From the IMG/VR virus record IMGVR_UViG_3300049823_000342, positions 3,360-67,359 of that record: 64,000 nt of DNA. One strand, 5' to 3'. The notes under the pieces are model-generated. The model saw only the letters and a list, made by a program, of their open reading frames with translations. It had not been told where the DNA came from and made no database searches. Origin of the DNA: a virus. Taxonomy: Duplodnaviria; Caudoviricetes. Below are positions 25,625 to 36,129 of the stretch, piece by piece. The first letter of the stretch is position 1. Every line of letters begins with the position of its first letter. The position numbers and the translations under genes are program-made.

Positions 25625-28391
25625 GGCGCTAGGCGAAGCCCTTCTCTATCTGCGCACCGACGATCGCGGGCTCGATGCCGGCGTCGACAAGGCGCAGGCG
25701 AAAAGTGACCGGCTCGGCATGTCGTTCGACGACACGTCGGGCAAGGCGGTCAAGATGGGCGGCGCGTTCCGGCAGGCCGGGCAGGAAGCAGGCAACGCCG
25801 GCACCAAGACGGACGCCTATTCGCGCGAGATCGCCAAGCTGAAGGCGATGCTCGATCCCGCATGGGGTTCGCTCCAGAAGTTTCGCGAGGAAGCCCGGCT
25901 GGCGAAGGAAGCGCTCGACCAGGGCGCGATATCGCACAAGCAATATGTCGAGGCGTTGCGGCAGAGCGCGACGGCGGCAAACCTGATGAGCACGGCGCAG
26001 GGCAAGGCGACGCAGATCACCGGCGCGCAGCGCGCGGGCATCGTCCAGCTCAACCAGAACGTCAACGACATGGCGACGATGTATGCGTTGGGCGCTCGCC
26101 CGATGCAGATATTCACGTCGCAGATCGGCCAGATCACCGACGCGATGCGGCTGGCGTCGGGCGGAACGAGCAAGTTCGCGGCCATCATGGGCAGCCCGTG
26201 GACGATGGTGATGTCGTCGGCCGCCGTGATCCTGTTGCCGCTGATCGCCAATCTGTTCGATACCGAAGATGCCGCCGACAAGGCGGGCAAGGCGAATGAG
26301 ACGCTCGCGGACAAGCTGGATCGAACGAAGCACAGCTATGAGGAGGTTCGGGCGGCGCTTCGCGAGTATACTGCGGAGCAGCGGAAGGCGACCGAATCTA
26401 CGCTCGATGCCGCGCGGGCCGCTGCCGTCGCAGCGGCGGCAAAGCTGAAGGACGCGCTCGCTACGAGGCAGCAGCTCGCGGCGCAACTCGCCTCGCAAGA
26501 TGAGGCCATGCTCAGCGGCCGCGGTTCGGGAATGGAGGGCGCGGGCGCCATGGCCGCTGGGCGCAATGCCCTTCAGGCTCGCATCGCCGACAATAATGCC
26601 AAGATTGCTGAATATACGGCAGCGGCGAACGCTGCCGCAAACGCGGTCGCTGGCGAGATCGCGAAGATCGAAACCGACACGACGGCGAAGATCAAGTTCG
26701 AGGCCGAACAGCGTCGGAAAGCCATCAACAGCGAGATCATGACCTATGATCAGAAGCTGAAGAAATTGAAGGAGATTAATCGCTGGGAGCAAACTCAGCT
26801 CGCCGAAGCCAATAAGGCGAAGCGCAGCACCGGGTCGACGCCTTCGGCCGCGTCCAGCGCCAGCATCGGCGACATGGTCGCGCTGGTGAAGCAGCTCTTC
26901 CCCGGCGCGATCGTGACGTCGACGACGGGCGGGCGGCATACCAAGGGCAGCGACCATTATGCCGGGCGGGCGATCGATTTCGTGCCGAAGGGCGGGATGG
27001 GCCAATATTCGACGGCCGATGTGCAGAAGATATTGGAGGACGCCGGGGTTTCCATCCGGCGCAACGCGCGCGGCACCCAGCAAATCTTCGGCCCCGGCCG
27101 ATCGGCGAACAGCCCCGGCGACCATGACAATCATTTCCATTTCGCCTGGTCGGGGAGCGCCTCGCCCGAAGAGGCGCAGAAGCGCGCGGCGCAAGCGGCC
27201 GAGCGCGCGGCGCGCGCGGCCGAGCAGGAGGAAAGGCGCAAGGAACGCTACAACCGCGACCTCGCGGGGCTTCAGGATCAGGCGGCGGACCTTCAGGCAC
27301 GGCTGGCCGACACGGCCGAGGAGCGGCTTCAGCTCGAACGACAAGCGCTCGAAATCTCTGTCACCGAGCAGACGCGCCGCATCCTGGCGAACAAGGAATA
27401 TAGCGAGGCCGAGAAGGCGACGCTGCTTGCGGCGCTGGGGAAGAAGGTCGCGCTCGAACGCGAGCTGCTCGACCGGCGCAAGGCTGAGGAGCTGGCGAGG
27501 CAGCAACTGGAGATCGCCGAGGCGCATTGGGACAGCGACCGCGAGCTGCTCCAGAAACAGGCGGCGCTGGCCGAGACGCGGGAGAAGCGCCGGGCGATCG
27601 AACAGAAGCTGCTCGACGGCGATTATGAATTGCGGCGCCAGCAGCTCGAAGCGATCCAGAAGGGTCAGCCCGGCTATGACGCCGCGCAGATCGCGCTGGC
27701 GGGCCTACCCGCGCAGAAGGCGCTGGATCAGCAGAGTCTGGACCGCGACAGTGAAAGCCCGATCGAGCGCTATCGCCGCGAGCTGATCGGCTATGGCGAC
27801 AATCTGAACGACGAGCTGGAGAAGGTCGCGGTCGGCGCGCTCGATTCGATCGCCGATCGGCTCGCCAATATCGCGATGAACGCCGACAATATGATGGATG
27901 CCATCAAGGGCATCTTCAAGCAGATCGGCGTCGAGGTCATGCGGCTGGTGATCCAGCAGCAGCTTATCCTGCCGCTGCTCAACCTGCTCGGCATCGGTGG
28001 CGGCGGGAGCGCGCCGGGCGGCGCGGGCGGCGGCGGTGGGCTGTTCAGTTCGATCGGAAGCGCGTTCGCGGGCTTCTTTGCCGATGGCGGGCTGATCCCG
28101 ACCGGGAGCTTCGGCATCGTCGGCGAGGAAGGGCCGGAGCTGATCGGCGCGACCCCCGGCGGCATCGGCGTGATGCCGAACAGCGCGCTTCGCGCGCTCG
28201 GCGGCGGGGGCGGCGGTGCCCCCAGCTTCGCGATATCGATCCCGATCGACGCGACCGGCGCCGATCCCGCGGCGCTGGCGCGGGTGCAGGCGAGCGTCGA
28301 CCGGCTGCGCGCGGAACTGCCCGGCCAGATCGTGCAGACGGTCCAGGATGCGGGCGACCGGCGCCTGTTCAGCGCGCGGGGGTGGCAATGA
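25617..28391 (+). CDS. Tail tape measure protein with an internal M15-like Zn peptidase domain
   Basis: 924 aa, A/E/K/Q-rich; SDHYAGRAIDF...HDNHFH; C-terminal FADGGLIP...GIVGEEGPELI. Confidence 0.9.
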   Translation: MSEALGEALLYLRTDDRGLDAGVDKAQAKSDRLGMSFDDTSGKAVKMGGAFRQAGQEAGNAGTKTDAYSREIAKLKAMLDPAWGSLQKFREEARLAKEALDQGAISHKQYVEALRQSATAANLMSTAQGKATQITGAQRAGIVQLNQNVNDMATMYALGARPMQIFTSQIGQITDAMRLASGGTSKFAAIMGSPWTMVMSSAAVILLPLIANLFDTEDAADKAGKANETLADKLDRTKHSYEEVRAALREYTAEQRKATESTLDAARAAAVAAAAKLKDALATRQQLAAQLASQDEAMLSGRGSGMEGAGAMAAGRNALQARIADNNAKIAEYTAAANAAANAVAGEIAKIETDTTAKIKFEAEQRRKAINSEIMTYDQKLKKLKEINRWEQTQLAEANKAKRSTGSTPSAASSASIGDMVALVKQLFPGAIVTSTTGGRHTKGSDHYAGRAIDFVPKGGMGQYSTADVQKILEDAGVSIRRNARGTQQIFGPGRSANSPGDHDNHFHFAWSGSASPEEAQKRAAQAAERAARAAEQEERRKERYNRDLAGLQDQAADLQARLADTAEERLQLERQALEISVTEQTRRILANKEYSEAEKATLLAALGKKVALERELLDRRKAEELARQQLEIAEAHWDSDRELLQKQAALAETREKRRAIEQKLLDGDYELRRQQLEAIQKGQPGYDAAQIALAGLPAQKALDQQSLDRDSESPIERYRRELIGYGDNLNDELEKVAVGALDSIADRLANIAMNADNMMDAIKGIFKQIGVEVMRLVIQQQLILPLLNLLGIGGGGSAPGGAGGGGGLFSSIGSAFAGFFADGGLIPTGSFGIVGEEGPELIGATPGGIGVMPNSALRALGGGGGGAPSFAISIPIDATGADPAALARVQASVDRLRAELPGQIVQTVQDAGDRRLFSARGWQ

Positions 28392-29089
28392 TGCAGCCGC
28401 TTCCCATGCCCGAGCTGCCGTCGGGAATCGCGCGCGTCAGCCTTGAGGTCGAGCGGGTCGATTATGCGGCGCCCGAGGCGAGCGGGCGCCAGGGCGGCGT
28501 CCAGGCGGGCTGGCCGCTGTGGATGGCGACCTTCGAGCTGGATCGGGTCGATCCCGAATCGGCGGACCTGTGGCGCGGCTTCGTCGCGCGGCTGCGCGGG
28601 CGGCAGCGGTTGTTCCTGGCGAGCGATCCGACGCGGCTCTATCCGCGCTCACGCCGCCGCGGCTTTGCCGGGATGACGCGGCCGAACGGCGCCGCCTTTG
28701 GCGGATCGGCAACGGCGTGGGCGCAGAATATCGACGCCGACGGTAATGCCGATATCGGCCTGACCGGCCTGCCCGCGGGGCTGGCGCTGTCGATCGGCGA
28801 TTTCATCGGGTTCAAGTGGGACGCGGCGGGCGCGGCGGCGGGCAGCTATGGGCGGCGGACGATGGCGCGCATCGTCGTTCCCGGCGTGGCGTCGGGCGCG
28901 GGCGCGGTGACGGTGGGGGTCGAGCCGCCGCTCGATATGCTGGTCGTTCCCGCGGGCGCGGTCGCGCACCTGGACAAGCCGGCGTGCCTGATGCGGCAAA
29001 TCCCCGACAAGAGCAGCATCGGGTCGATCGGCACCGGAAGCGCGCTGTCGGGCGCGGTGCTGGTCGCCGGGCAGGATTTGCGGCCGTGA
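28388..29089 (+). CDS. Distal tail protein
   Basis: First gene after the TMP; W....F..RLRGRQRLF pattern. Confidence 0.7.
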   Translation: MMQPLPMPELPSGIARVSLEVERVDYAAPEASGRQGGVQAGWPLWMATFELDRVDPESADLWRGFVARLRGRQRLFLASDPTRLYPRSRRRGFAGMTRPNGAAFGGSATAWAQNIDADGNADIGLTGLPAGLALSIGDFIGFKWDAAGAAAGSYGRRTMARIVVPGVASGAGAVTVGVEPPLDMLVVPAGAVAHLDKPACLMRQIPDKSSIGSIGTGSALSGAVLVAGQDLRP

Positions 29090-29730
29090 AGTCGATCAGC
29101 GCCCCCGCGCTCCAGGCGATGGCCGATGGAACGGCGATCGTCGTCGGCGCCGTCGAGGTCGCTTCGGACCCGCCCGTCCGCGTGTGGGGCGGATATGGGC
29201 CGATCGAGCTGGGCGGCAACCGCTTCGACCCGATCGGCGACCGCGGGCTGGTGCAGGTCGCGGGCGGCGCGCTGGGATCGTCGGCGCAGGGGATCACGCT
29301 GTCGCTGTCGGGCATCGAGGAGCATGTGCTGGAGCTGCTCGACGCCGAAGAGGTCGAACAGGCGAGCGCGACGCTGTGGCGGCTGATCTTTGCCGGAAAC
29401 GGCAACACGCTGCTCGACGCGCATGTCTGGGCACGCGGGCGGCTCGACGAGTTGGTGCGCGAGGACGAGATCGGCGGCACGTCGGCGCTGGCCGCGAGCC
29501 TGGAGACGGCGGCGCGGGGGCTCGGCCGCGGCGGCGGGCGGATGCGCACCGATGCCGACCAGCGGCTGGTCAAGGCCAATGACGGCTTTTTCCGCAAGGT
29601 CAGCTTTGCCGGGGAGCTGACGCTCTATTGGGCCGGGCGCAAGCCGACCAACGCGGCGACGGCGCTGGGCGGATCGTCGGGCGCGTCGAAGTCGTTCGCC
29701 GACCGGCTGCGCGGTGTGCGCAATGACTGA
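29086..29730 (+). CDS. Minor tail protein
   Basis: GTG start overlap; RVWGGYG...MRTDADQ...DGFF. Confidence 0.7.
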   Translation: MKSISAPALQAMADGTAIVVGAVEVASDPPVRVWGGYGPIELGGNRFDPIGDRGLVQVAGGALGSSAQGITLSLSGIEEHVLELLDAEEVEQASATLWRLIFAGNGNTLLDAHVWARGRLDELVREDEIGGTSALAASLETAARGLGRGGGRMRTDADQRLVKANDGFFRKVSFAGELTLYWAGRKPTNAATALGGSSGASKSFADRLRGVRND

Positions 29731-30151
29731 TCCCGCCGCCCCCGCCGTTCGCGATATCGCGGCGCTGATCGCGCTGCTCGATGCGCGCGTCGACGTGCCG
29801 TTCGGCTGGCGCAGCGGGAACGACTGCGCACGCTTCGCCGACGCGGCGATCGCGGCGCAGACCGGGCAGAGCGTCATCGGCGAATGGCAATGGCGCAGCC
29901 TGCGCGAGGCGCGCGACGTGATCGCGGCCGAGGGCGGGCTGGAAGCGGCGATGGACCGGCGCCTCGGCCGCGTGCCGGTCGCGCTCGCGCAGCGCGGCGA
30001 TATCGCCGGGGTCGCCGACGCGCGTTTCGGAATCCGGTTGATGGTGGTCGAGGGCGCAACGCTGGCCGGCCCCGGATCGCGCGGGCTCGAACGATCGCCG
30101 CGCGCCGAGATGATCGTCGCCTGGGACGTGATGACGGCGGCGCGAAAATGA
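29723..30151 (+). CDS. NlpC/P60-like (DUF6950) tail tip assembly protein
   Basis: PFGWRSGNDCARF...AQRGDIA. Confidence 0.7.
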   Translation: MTDPAAPAVRDIAALIALLDARVDVPFGWRSGNDCARFADAAIAAQTGQSVIGEWQWRSLREARDVIAAEGGLEAAMDRRLGRVPVALAQRGDIAGVADARFGIRLMVVEGATLAGPGSRGLERSPRAEMIVAWDVMTAARK

Positions 30152-33100
30152 GCATGGTCGTCAGGGTCATTGCCGGCGCCGCGCTGACGGTGGTCGGCGC
30201 GGTCACGGGCAATTGGCAGCTCGCGATCGCGGGCGTGTCGATGATCGGCGGGGCGCTGCTTCAGCCGAAGGTCGGCAACAAGAAGCGCGCGGCATCTTCC
30301 TCGCAGGTGCAGATCGGCGAGACGGCGCGCGAAGCCCTGGTGGGGACGGGATCGACCGCGGGGAGCCTGGTCGACGCGTTCAACTATGGCGGCAAATATG
30401 GCACCGACTGGGAAGTGCTGGTGCTCGACCTGTTCGACCATCGCTGTCACTCGCTGGTCGGCTTCTATGTCAACGACACCTATGTGGCGTTCACCGGCGA
30501 CGGGATGGTCCCCGGCTATAACAACCAGCTTCAGGTCTATTGGCGTCCGGGGACCGAGAACCAGACGGTGCCGGCGATCCTGACGGCGAACAGCGACTGG
30601 ACCGCGAACGACAATGGCGCGGGGATTTGCCACGTCACCGTCGCCTACAAGGCCGACGATCCCGAGGCGAAGAACCCCGTGTGGCCGGGCGGGCGGCCGC
30701 GCTTTCAATGGATCGTCAAGGGCGCGCTCTGCTATGACGCGCGCAAGGACAGCAGCGTCGGCGGGTTCGGCGCGCACCGGATCGACCAGCCCGCGACCTG
30801 GGAATATTCCGACAACCCGATCGTCGCGCGCTACAAATGGGTGCGCGGCTTCTATGCCTGCGACCGCGTCGGCGACCCGTCGCAACTGCTGATCGGCCGC
30901 GGGCTGACGGCGGTCGAGGCGCCGCCCGCGAACGTGTTCGGCCGCGCGAACCTGTGCGACGAAGTCGTCGACGGCGAGAAAAGATATCGCGTCGGCGGGT
31001 CGATCAGCGCCGCCGAAACCTTCCTCGCGGTCGAGGAGGATTTCGCGGCGGCGTGCGCGGGGACGATCGTCCAGCCCGAGGGATGCGTCGAGATCGATCC
31101 GGGCGAGGCGCGCGCGATCGTCGCGACCTTCACCGACCGCGATCTGGTCGTCGGATCGCGCGTGCGGTGGAACAACGGCATGTTGTCGTCGAGCAGCGAC
31201 GAGTGGGTCAACACGATCGTCGCCTCTTACGTGGAGCCCGATCAGAAATGGGCCGAACATGCGGCGCCGGTGCTGCGCGATCCCGCCGACCTGGTTGCCG
31301 ATCGCCAGCCGCGCGAGCAACGGCTGATGCTGGGGTTCGTCCAGTGGATGAAACAGGCGCTGCGGGTCGGCGAGGTCAACCGCCGCCTGGGGCGGCTGCG
31401 CGGGCGCGCCGAAGTGACGCTGCCGCCGCGCTTCGCCAATATCGAGGAAGGCGACTGGGTTCAGTGGCAGTCCGATCGCCGCTTCAAGGGCGCGACGATG
31501 ACCTTTCGCGTCGAGGCGTGGGGATCGGACGAGAAATGGCACCACTCGCTGAAGCTGCGCCAGATTTCGGCGTCGGTCTTTTCGGACACGGCGCCGCTCG
31601 ACGACGGGTCGATCGCTGCGCAGCATCCGGCGCCGCCGCCGATCGGCGCGCCCGGCGCCGGGAGCTGGGCGGTCGCGGCGGGGCATCTGGAGGCGGGCGG
31701 GCTGCTCGTCCCCGCGCTGATCGTGACAGGCGCGCGCGACGACAACAACGCGCGCTTCATCCGCATGGAATATGTCCAGGGCGCGGGCGAGCCGGGACCG
31801 CTGACGCAATGGAGCGATGCCGGCATCACCGGCCCCGACGTGAAGCGGCGCGAGATCGTGGTGGCGCCGAAGGGCATTTATCGCGTCGCGATTTCCTATG
31901 TCGTCAACGGGGTGCAGGGCGACCGGCTGATCCTTGGCCCGGTGACGGCGGGGGCGACCACCTATCCCGACGGAACGCCGGTCGAGGATTTGCAGCCGGC
32001 CGAGCCGGGCGCGACCGACGGGGCGACGGTCGGCGATGGCGACAACCCCGGCAATGTGAAGGACCAAAATGGCGTCGTCCGCCCCGCGTCGGACCTGCTC
32101 AACAATTCGCTGGCGCTGAACCCCGACGGCTCGCTGGTCATCATCCGCGAAGGCGAGGCGTCGACGCCGCTGGGACAGGTGCGCGCGGCGGCGATCGGCG
32201 CGGCGAGCGATTCGGCGATGCGATCGAGCCGCGATGCGCTGGAGCGGCTGTCGGCGATCGTGACGATGATCGACACGCGGCTCGCCTCGACCCAGGCGGT
32301 CATTCGCGACGCCGGCATCTATGTCGATCCGACCAATGGGCTGGTCACGATATCGGCACTCGACGCGACCGAGGAGCGGGTCAACGACGTGTCGGTGCAG
32401 CTCGACGCGGTGAAGGGCGACATCCTGTTGAGGGCGACGACGACTTATGTCGACAACGCCATCGCGCAGGCGGTGATCGACCCGTCGCAAATCCCCGTCT
32501 TCGACCAGTTGGAATTGCGCATCACGACGGCCGAGGCGCGGCTGGATGGTGCCGAGGCGGCGATCGAGCTGAAGGCGGACGCGGTGACGCTGACCGCGTT
32601 GACCGCGACGGTGACGACGGTATCGGCCGACCTCGACGCGCTGGCTGGCGTCGTCGCGACAAAGGTCGACAGCGTCGATTTCGGCACGCTGGAAACGCGG
32701 GTCGCGAACGCCGAGGACAGCCTGACGGCGCTGGGCGACACGGCGGAGATCGGGCGCGGGATCAGCGTCGCGCGGATGACGGGGCGGCAGGTCGACGACG
32801 AAGCGGCGCTGTCGCTGGCCGGGCTGCTCGCCGGCGACGCGCGGCAGCGCAACACGATCGCCGCGCTGGCGCTGGCGCGCGAGGAGATCACGGCGCGGCT
32901 GATCGAGGGCGACGGCGCCGAGGCCTCGGCGCGGTTCGTACTGACCGCGCGGGTCGCCTCGGCCGAAGGGGCGATCACCAACGAGCAGGCGGTGCGCGCG
33001 GGCGAGACGGGCGCGCTGGCGGCGCAGATGGGGACGATATCGACGACGGTGGGCACCCACAGCGCCGCGATCGAGACCTTCGGCGAAAGCATCAACGGCC

Positions 33101-33765
33101 TGTCGCTGCGCTATGGGTTGCGGCTCAACGCGGGTGGCCGGGTGATCGGCTGGGTCGCGAACAACGACGGCGTCAACGGCGGGATGGATTTCGTCGTCGA
33201 TTATTTCCGGCTGTGGGATGCCGACGGCACAACCAGCAAAGCGCCGTTCGAGTTCGTCGACGGCAGCATCTTCATGACCTCGGCGGCGATCAAGAACCTG
33301 TCGGTCGACACGATCAAGATCGCCAATAATGCAATCACCTTTCCCGTCCACATGGATGCGGCGTCGGTGTTCCTCAATCCGGCGAGCGGGGAACAGACGC
33401 TGCTTGAAAGCGCCTGGCTCGAATTGGGGACGATCGCCAATCCCGCGACGGCGCTGGTCGGCTTCTATGCCACGCTCCGAACCGACCCCGGCGCGGGCGG
33501 CGGGCCGGACAATGCGGCCGAGTTCAAGGTCTATTGCGATATCGGCGCCGGATATCAGCTCATGGGGGCGCAGGCGGTCGGCATCGAGGCGACGGGCGGC
33601 AACGTCTATTATTGGGTGCCGGTATCGGTGATCGACCTAGCGAGCAACCTGTCCACGGCGCGCTTCAAGGTGACCGGAACGCCGATTGCGGGTCCGCAGG
33701 GTCGGCCCGCGCGGCGCTCGCTGGTCGGCGCGCCGACCCTCGTTATCCAAGGATCGAAACGATGA
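30148..33765 (+). CDS. Tail tip / host specificity protein (gpJ-like, DUF1983-like C-terminus)
   Basis: ~1205 aa; coiled-coil region then ...APFEFVDGSIFMTSAAIKNLSVDTIKI. Confidence 0.85.
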   Translation: MSMVVRVIAGAALTVVGAVTGNWQLAIAGVSMIGGALLQPKVGNKKRAASSSQVQIGETAREALVGTGSTAGSLVDAFNYGGKYGTDWEVLVLDLFDHRCHSLVGFYVNDTYVAFTGDGMVPGYNNQLQVYWRPGTENQTVPAILTANSDWTANDNGAGICHVTVAYKADDPEAKNPVWPGGRPRFQWIVKGALCYDARKDSSVGGFGAHRIDQPATWEYSDNPIVARYKWVRGFYACDRVGDPSQLLIGRGLTAVEAPPANVFGRANLCDEVVDGEKRYRVGGSISAAETFLAVEEDFAAACAGTIVQPEGCVEIDPGEARAIVATFTDRDLVVGSRVRWNNGMLSSSSDEWVNTIVASYVEPDQKWAEHAAPVLRDPADLVADRQPREQRLMLGFVQWMKQALRVGEVNRRLGRLRGRAEVTLPPRFANIEEGDWVQWQSDRRFKGATMTFRVEAWGSDEKWHHSLKLRQISASVFSDTAPLDDGSIAAQHPAPPPIGAPGAGSWAVAAGHLEAGGLLVPALIVTGARDDNNARFIRMEYVQGAGEPGPLTQWSDAGITGPDVKRREIVVAPKGIYRVAISYVVNGVQGDRLILGPVTAGATTYPDGTPVEDLQPAEPGATDGATVGDGDNPGNVKDQNGVVRPASDLLNNSLALNPDGSLVIIREGEASTPLGQVRAAAIGAASDSAMRSSRDALERLSAIVTMIDTRLASTQAVIRDAGIYVDPTNGLVTISALDATEERVNDVSVQLDAVKGDILLRATTTYVDNAIAQAVIDPSQIPVFDQLELRITTAEARLDGAEAAIELKADAVTLTALTATVTTVSADLDALAGVVATKVDSVDFGTLETRVANAEDSLTALGDTAEIGRGISVARMTGRQVDDEAALSLAGLLAGDARQRNTIAALALAREEITARLIEGDGAEASARFVLTARVASAEGAITNEQAVRAGETGALAAQMGTISTTVGTHSAAIETFGESINGLSLRYGLRLNAGGRVIGWVANNDGVNGGMDFVVDYFRLWDADGTTSKAPFEFVDGSIFMTSAAIKNLSVDTIKIANNAITFPVHMDAASVFLNPASGEQTLLESAWLELGTIANPATALVGFYATLRTDPGAGGGPDNAAEFKVYCDIGAGYQLMGAQAVGIEATGGNVYYWVPVSVIDLASNLSTARFKVTGTPIAGPQGRPARRSLVGAPTLVIQGSKR

Positions 33766-34508
33766 CGCATCCCCTACGCTGGGCCTTGTTCGACGACATA
33801 GGCCGCTGTTCCTCGATCATCAGCAGCCCGGTCGACCTTGGCTTGCCGCACCCGGTCGGCGCCGACGCACGGGCCGAGGAGCTTTATCTCGACGGCGGTG
33901 GGCAGGTAGCGCGCCGCACATCGGCCGAGCTGCTCCCCAGCCGGCGCCATCTGGTCGCGGGCGGCGCCGATCGCGTGACGATCGGCGGGTTGCCCGCCGA
34001 CGCGCTTGTCCTGGTCGACGGACGTCCCCAGCCCGTGTCGGATGGGATCGGCGCGGCCGAGCCCGGAAGCCTGCTGATCGAAGCGGCGCCGCCATTCGTC
34101 GCGGCCCCCGTCTTCGTCGAGGTCGACACGCTGCCGGCGTTCGCGGTGCGGTTCGCGGCTGAAATTGATCGGCAGGCCGAGGCGGCGCGAGCGGCGCATG
34201 GCTTGCTGCTCGCCGGGCAACAGGAAGCCTATGCGGCGAAGACGGCCGAGGCGCGGGCGCTGCGCGCCAGCGGCGGCGCCTACGCTGGCCCCTTCCTCAC
34301 CCGCGAGGCCGAGGCCCGCAGTGTCGATCTGCTCGACCTCGCGTCGGCCGTGATCGCCAAGGCGGAAGCCTGGGCAGCCGTTGCGGCCGAGATCGAGGCG
34401 CGGCGCGGCGGCGCCAAGCAGGCGATCGCGAACGCCGCCGACATCGAAACACTCATCAGCGCGGCGGCCGTTGACTGGCCCGCGCCGGACAAAGGAGAAG
34501 GTCAATGA
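33762..34508 (+). CDS. Tail fibre-associated protein (DUF4376-like C-terminus)
   Basis: EIDRQAE...YAAKTAEARA...IEARRGGAKQAI...DWP. Confidence 0.6.
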   Translation: MTHPLRWALFDDIGRCSSIISSPVDLGLPHPVGADARAEELYLDGGGQVARRTSAELLPSRRHLVAGGADRVTIGGLPADALVLVDGRPQPVSDGIGAAEPGSLLIEAAPPFVAAPVFVEVDTLPAFAVRFAAEIDRQAEAARAAHGLLLAGQQEAYAAKTAEARALRASGGAYAGPFLTREAEARSVDLLDLASAVIAKAEAWAAVAAEIEARRGGAKQAIANAADIETLISAAAVDWPAPDKGEGQ

Positions 34509-35908
34509 GCTGGTATGCAACCGGAACGGTCGCGGTCACCAACAACAACACGGCGGTTGTCGGGACCGGAACGCAATGGATCGCCAATGTGCAGGCGGGC
34601 GACATCTTTTGGGGACCGGAAGGGCGCGGATACGAGATCGTCAGCGTCAACAGCAACACCAGCCTGACCATCGGCCCAGCCTATACCGGGGCGACGGCGG
34701 GCGGGCAGGCCTATCGCATCGCGCCGACGCAAGGGCGCGTCGTCAACCTGACCGCGGGCGTCAACCAGCTCCTGACCGACTTTGGCGGCATTCGCGACGG
34801 CATCGGTTCGGGGAACTTTCCCGACGGCACGGCCGCGGCGCCGGCGCTGCGGTTCGGGGCCGATACTGATACGGGGCTCTTCAGGGTGGCGGGCAACGTC
34901 ATGGGCTTCGCCGCGGCCGGGGTCGCGCGGATGGCCGTGACTTCCGGGGGCGTGCGGATCGGCGACGCTTCGTTGGCGACCGCGACGCTCGACGTCGTCG
35001 GGTCGATACTGGCCGGATCGGGGAACGCGACAACAGGCGGCGCCGTGCTGGGAACCCGATATAATGACGGGCAGGTTGCGACGTTCGGCAACCTGCGCGG
35101 ATCAGCGGCGCTTGCGCTGGGCTTTTGTGTGGTGCCCTCGGCGACCGCCAGTGATGGCTGGGTGTCGTCGGTCAGCAACGCGTGGGGGCGAGCGGGCATC
35201 AGGGTCAATGCGTCGCAGATGACGTTGGGCTTTGCGGCATCGCAGACCACCACGATCGGCGATCCGGTCGCGCTGACGAATGCCTTTATCGTCAATGCTG
35301 GCGGCGCGATCACGCCTGGCGCCGACAACACCCAGCCGCTGGGCGCATCCTCGCTGCGCTTTACGACCGCCTATCTCGGCAGCAATCCGATCGTATCCTG
35401 CGACCTTCGGTTCAAACGCTATCGCGCTCCGGCCGAGGTCACCGCGACCGAACATGCGGCGCTGCTCGAAATCTTCGACGCTTTCGGCTTCTTCCAGTTC
35501 GAGGACGCGATCACGCTGAAGGGCGAGGATGACGCGCGCTGGCACTTCGGCCCGAAGGCGCAGGGCGTGTGGGCGATATGGGCGAGCCACGGTCTGACCG
35601 ATGCGCTGGGCGAGGATGGAAAGCCGGTCGCCGGTTGCGTGCCGCCCGCCTTCCTGTGCTTCGACGAATGGGACGACGGGGCTGAGGAGCGGCCCGTCTT
35701 TTCCGCGACGCTGGTCGACGTGGACGGCAACCCGATCCAGACCGGGACCGAAACCGTCGCCACGCGCGAACCCGGCTATCTCTTCGGCGTGCGCATGGAC
35801 GAACTGCATTCGCTGCTGCTGGCGGCGCTCAACAAGGAACGCAAAGATCAGGCGATCATGATCGCGGCGCTCGACGCGCGCCTCGCGGCGCTGGAGGCGG
35901 CGGCATGA
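34505..35908 (+). CDS. Tail fibre/spike with C-terminal intramolecular chaperone (peptidase S74-like)
   Basis: MSWYATGTVAVTN...; DGTAAAPALRF..DTDTGLF; CDLRFK...HFG..AQ...RMDEL...coiled coil. Confidence 0.85.
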   Translation: MSWYATGTVAVTNNNTAVVGTGTQWIANVQAGDIFWGPEGRGYEIVSVNSNTSLTIGPAYTGATAGGQAYRIAPTQGRVVNLTAGVNQLLTDFGGIRDGIGSGNFPDGTAAAPALRFGADTDTGLFRVAGNVMGFAAAGVARMAVTSGGVRIGDASLATATLDVVGSILAGSGNATTGGAVLGTRYNDGQVATFGNLRGSAALALGFCVVPSATASDGWVSSVSNAWGRAGIRVNASQMTLGFAASQTTTIGDPVALTNAFIVNAGGAITPGADNTQPLGASSLRFTTAYLGSNPIVSCDLRFKRYRAPAEVTATEHAALLEIFDAFGFFQFEDAITLKGEDDARWHFGPKAQGVWAIWASHGLTDALGEDGKPVAGCVPPAFLCFDEWDDGAEERPVFSATLVDVDGNPIQTGTETVATREPGYLFGVRMDELHSLLLAALNKERKDQAIMIAALDARLAALEAAA

Positions 35909-36129
35909 TGACGCTGCCAGAGTTGGCGCTGGTCGAACGGCTGGGGGCGTGCTGGAGTGACTTTCTCGCGCTGCCGGAGATGCACAGCGATGATCGAGCT
36001 GAGTTTCGCACTCTGATCCATCATGCGCAGGAGAAAGTGCTGGCGCGGCCCACGCTCCGAAAGCTAGACGGGATCGGACTTGCAGCGGGTTCTGAGACGG
36101 CGCTTAGCGACCGCCGAGACGCTTCTTAG
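35905..36129 (+). CDS. Hypothetical helical protein (W..F..LP..H.DD..EF...IH..Q)
   Basis: ATGA overlap with the fibre gene; last Mu-like gene. Confidence 0.6.
   Translation: MMTLPELALVERLGACWSDFLALPEMHSDDRAEFRTLIHHAQEKVLARPTLRKLDGIGLAAGSETALSDRRDAS

Noticed and set aside
28846-33351. 1501-aa minus-strand ORF
   Set aside because: Antisense shadow of tail genes in high-GC DNA; Arg-rich with no motifs.
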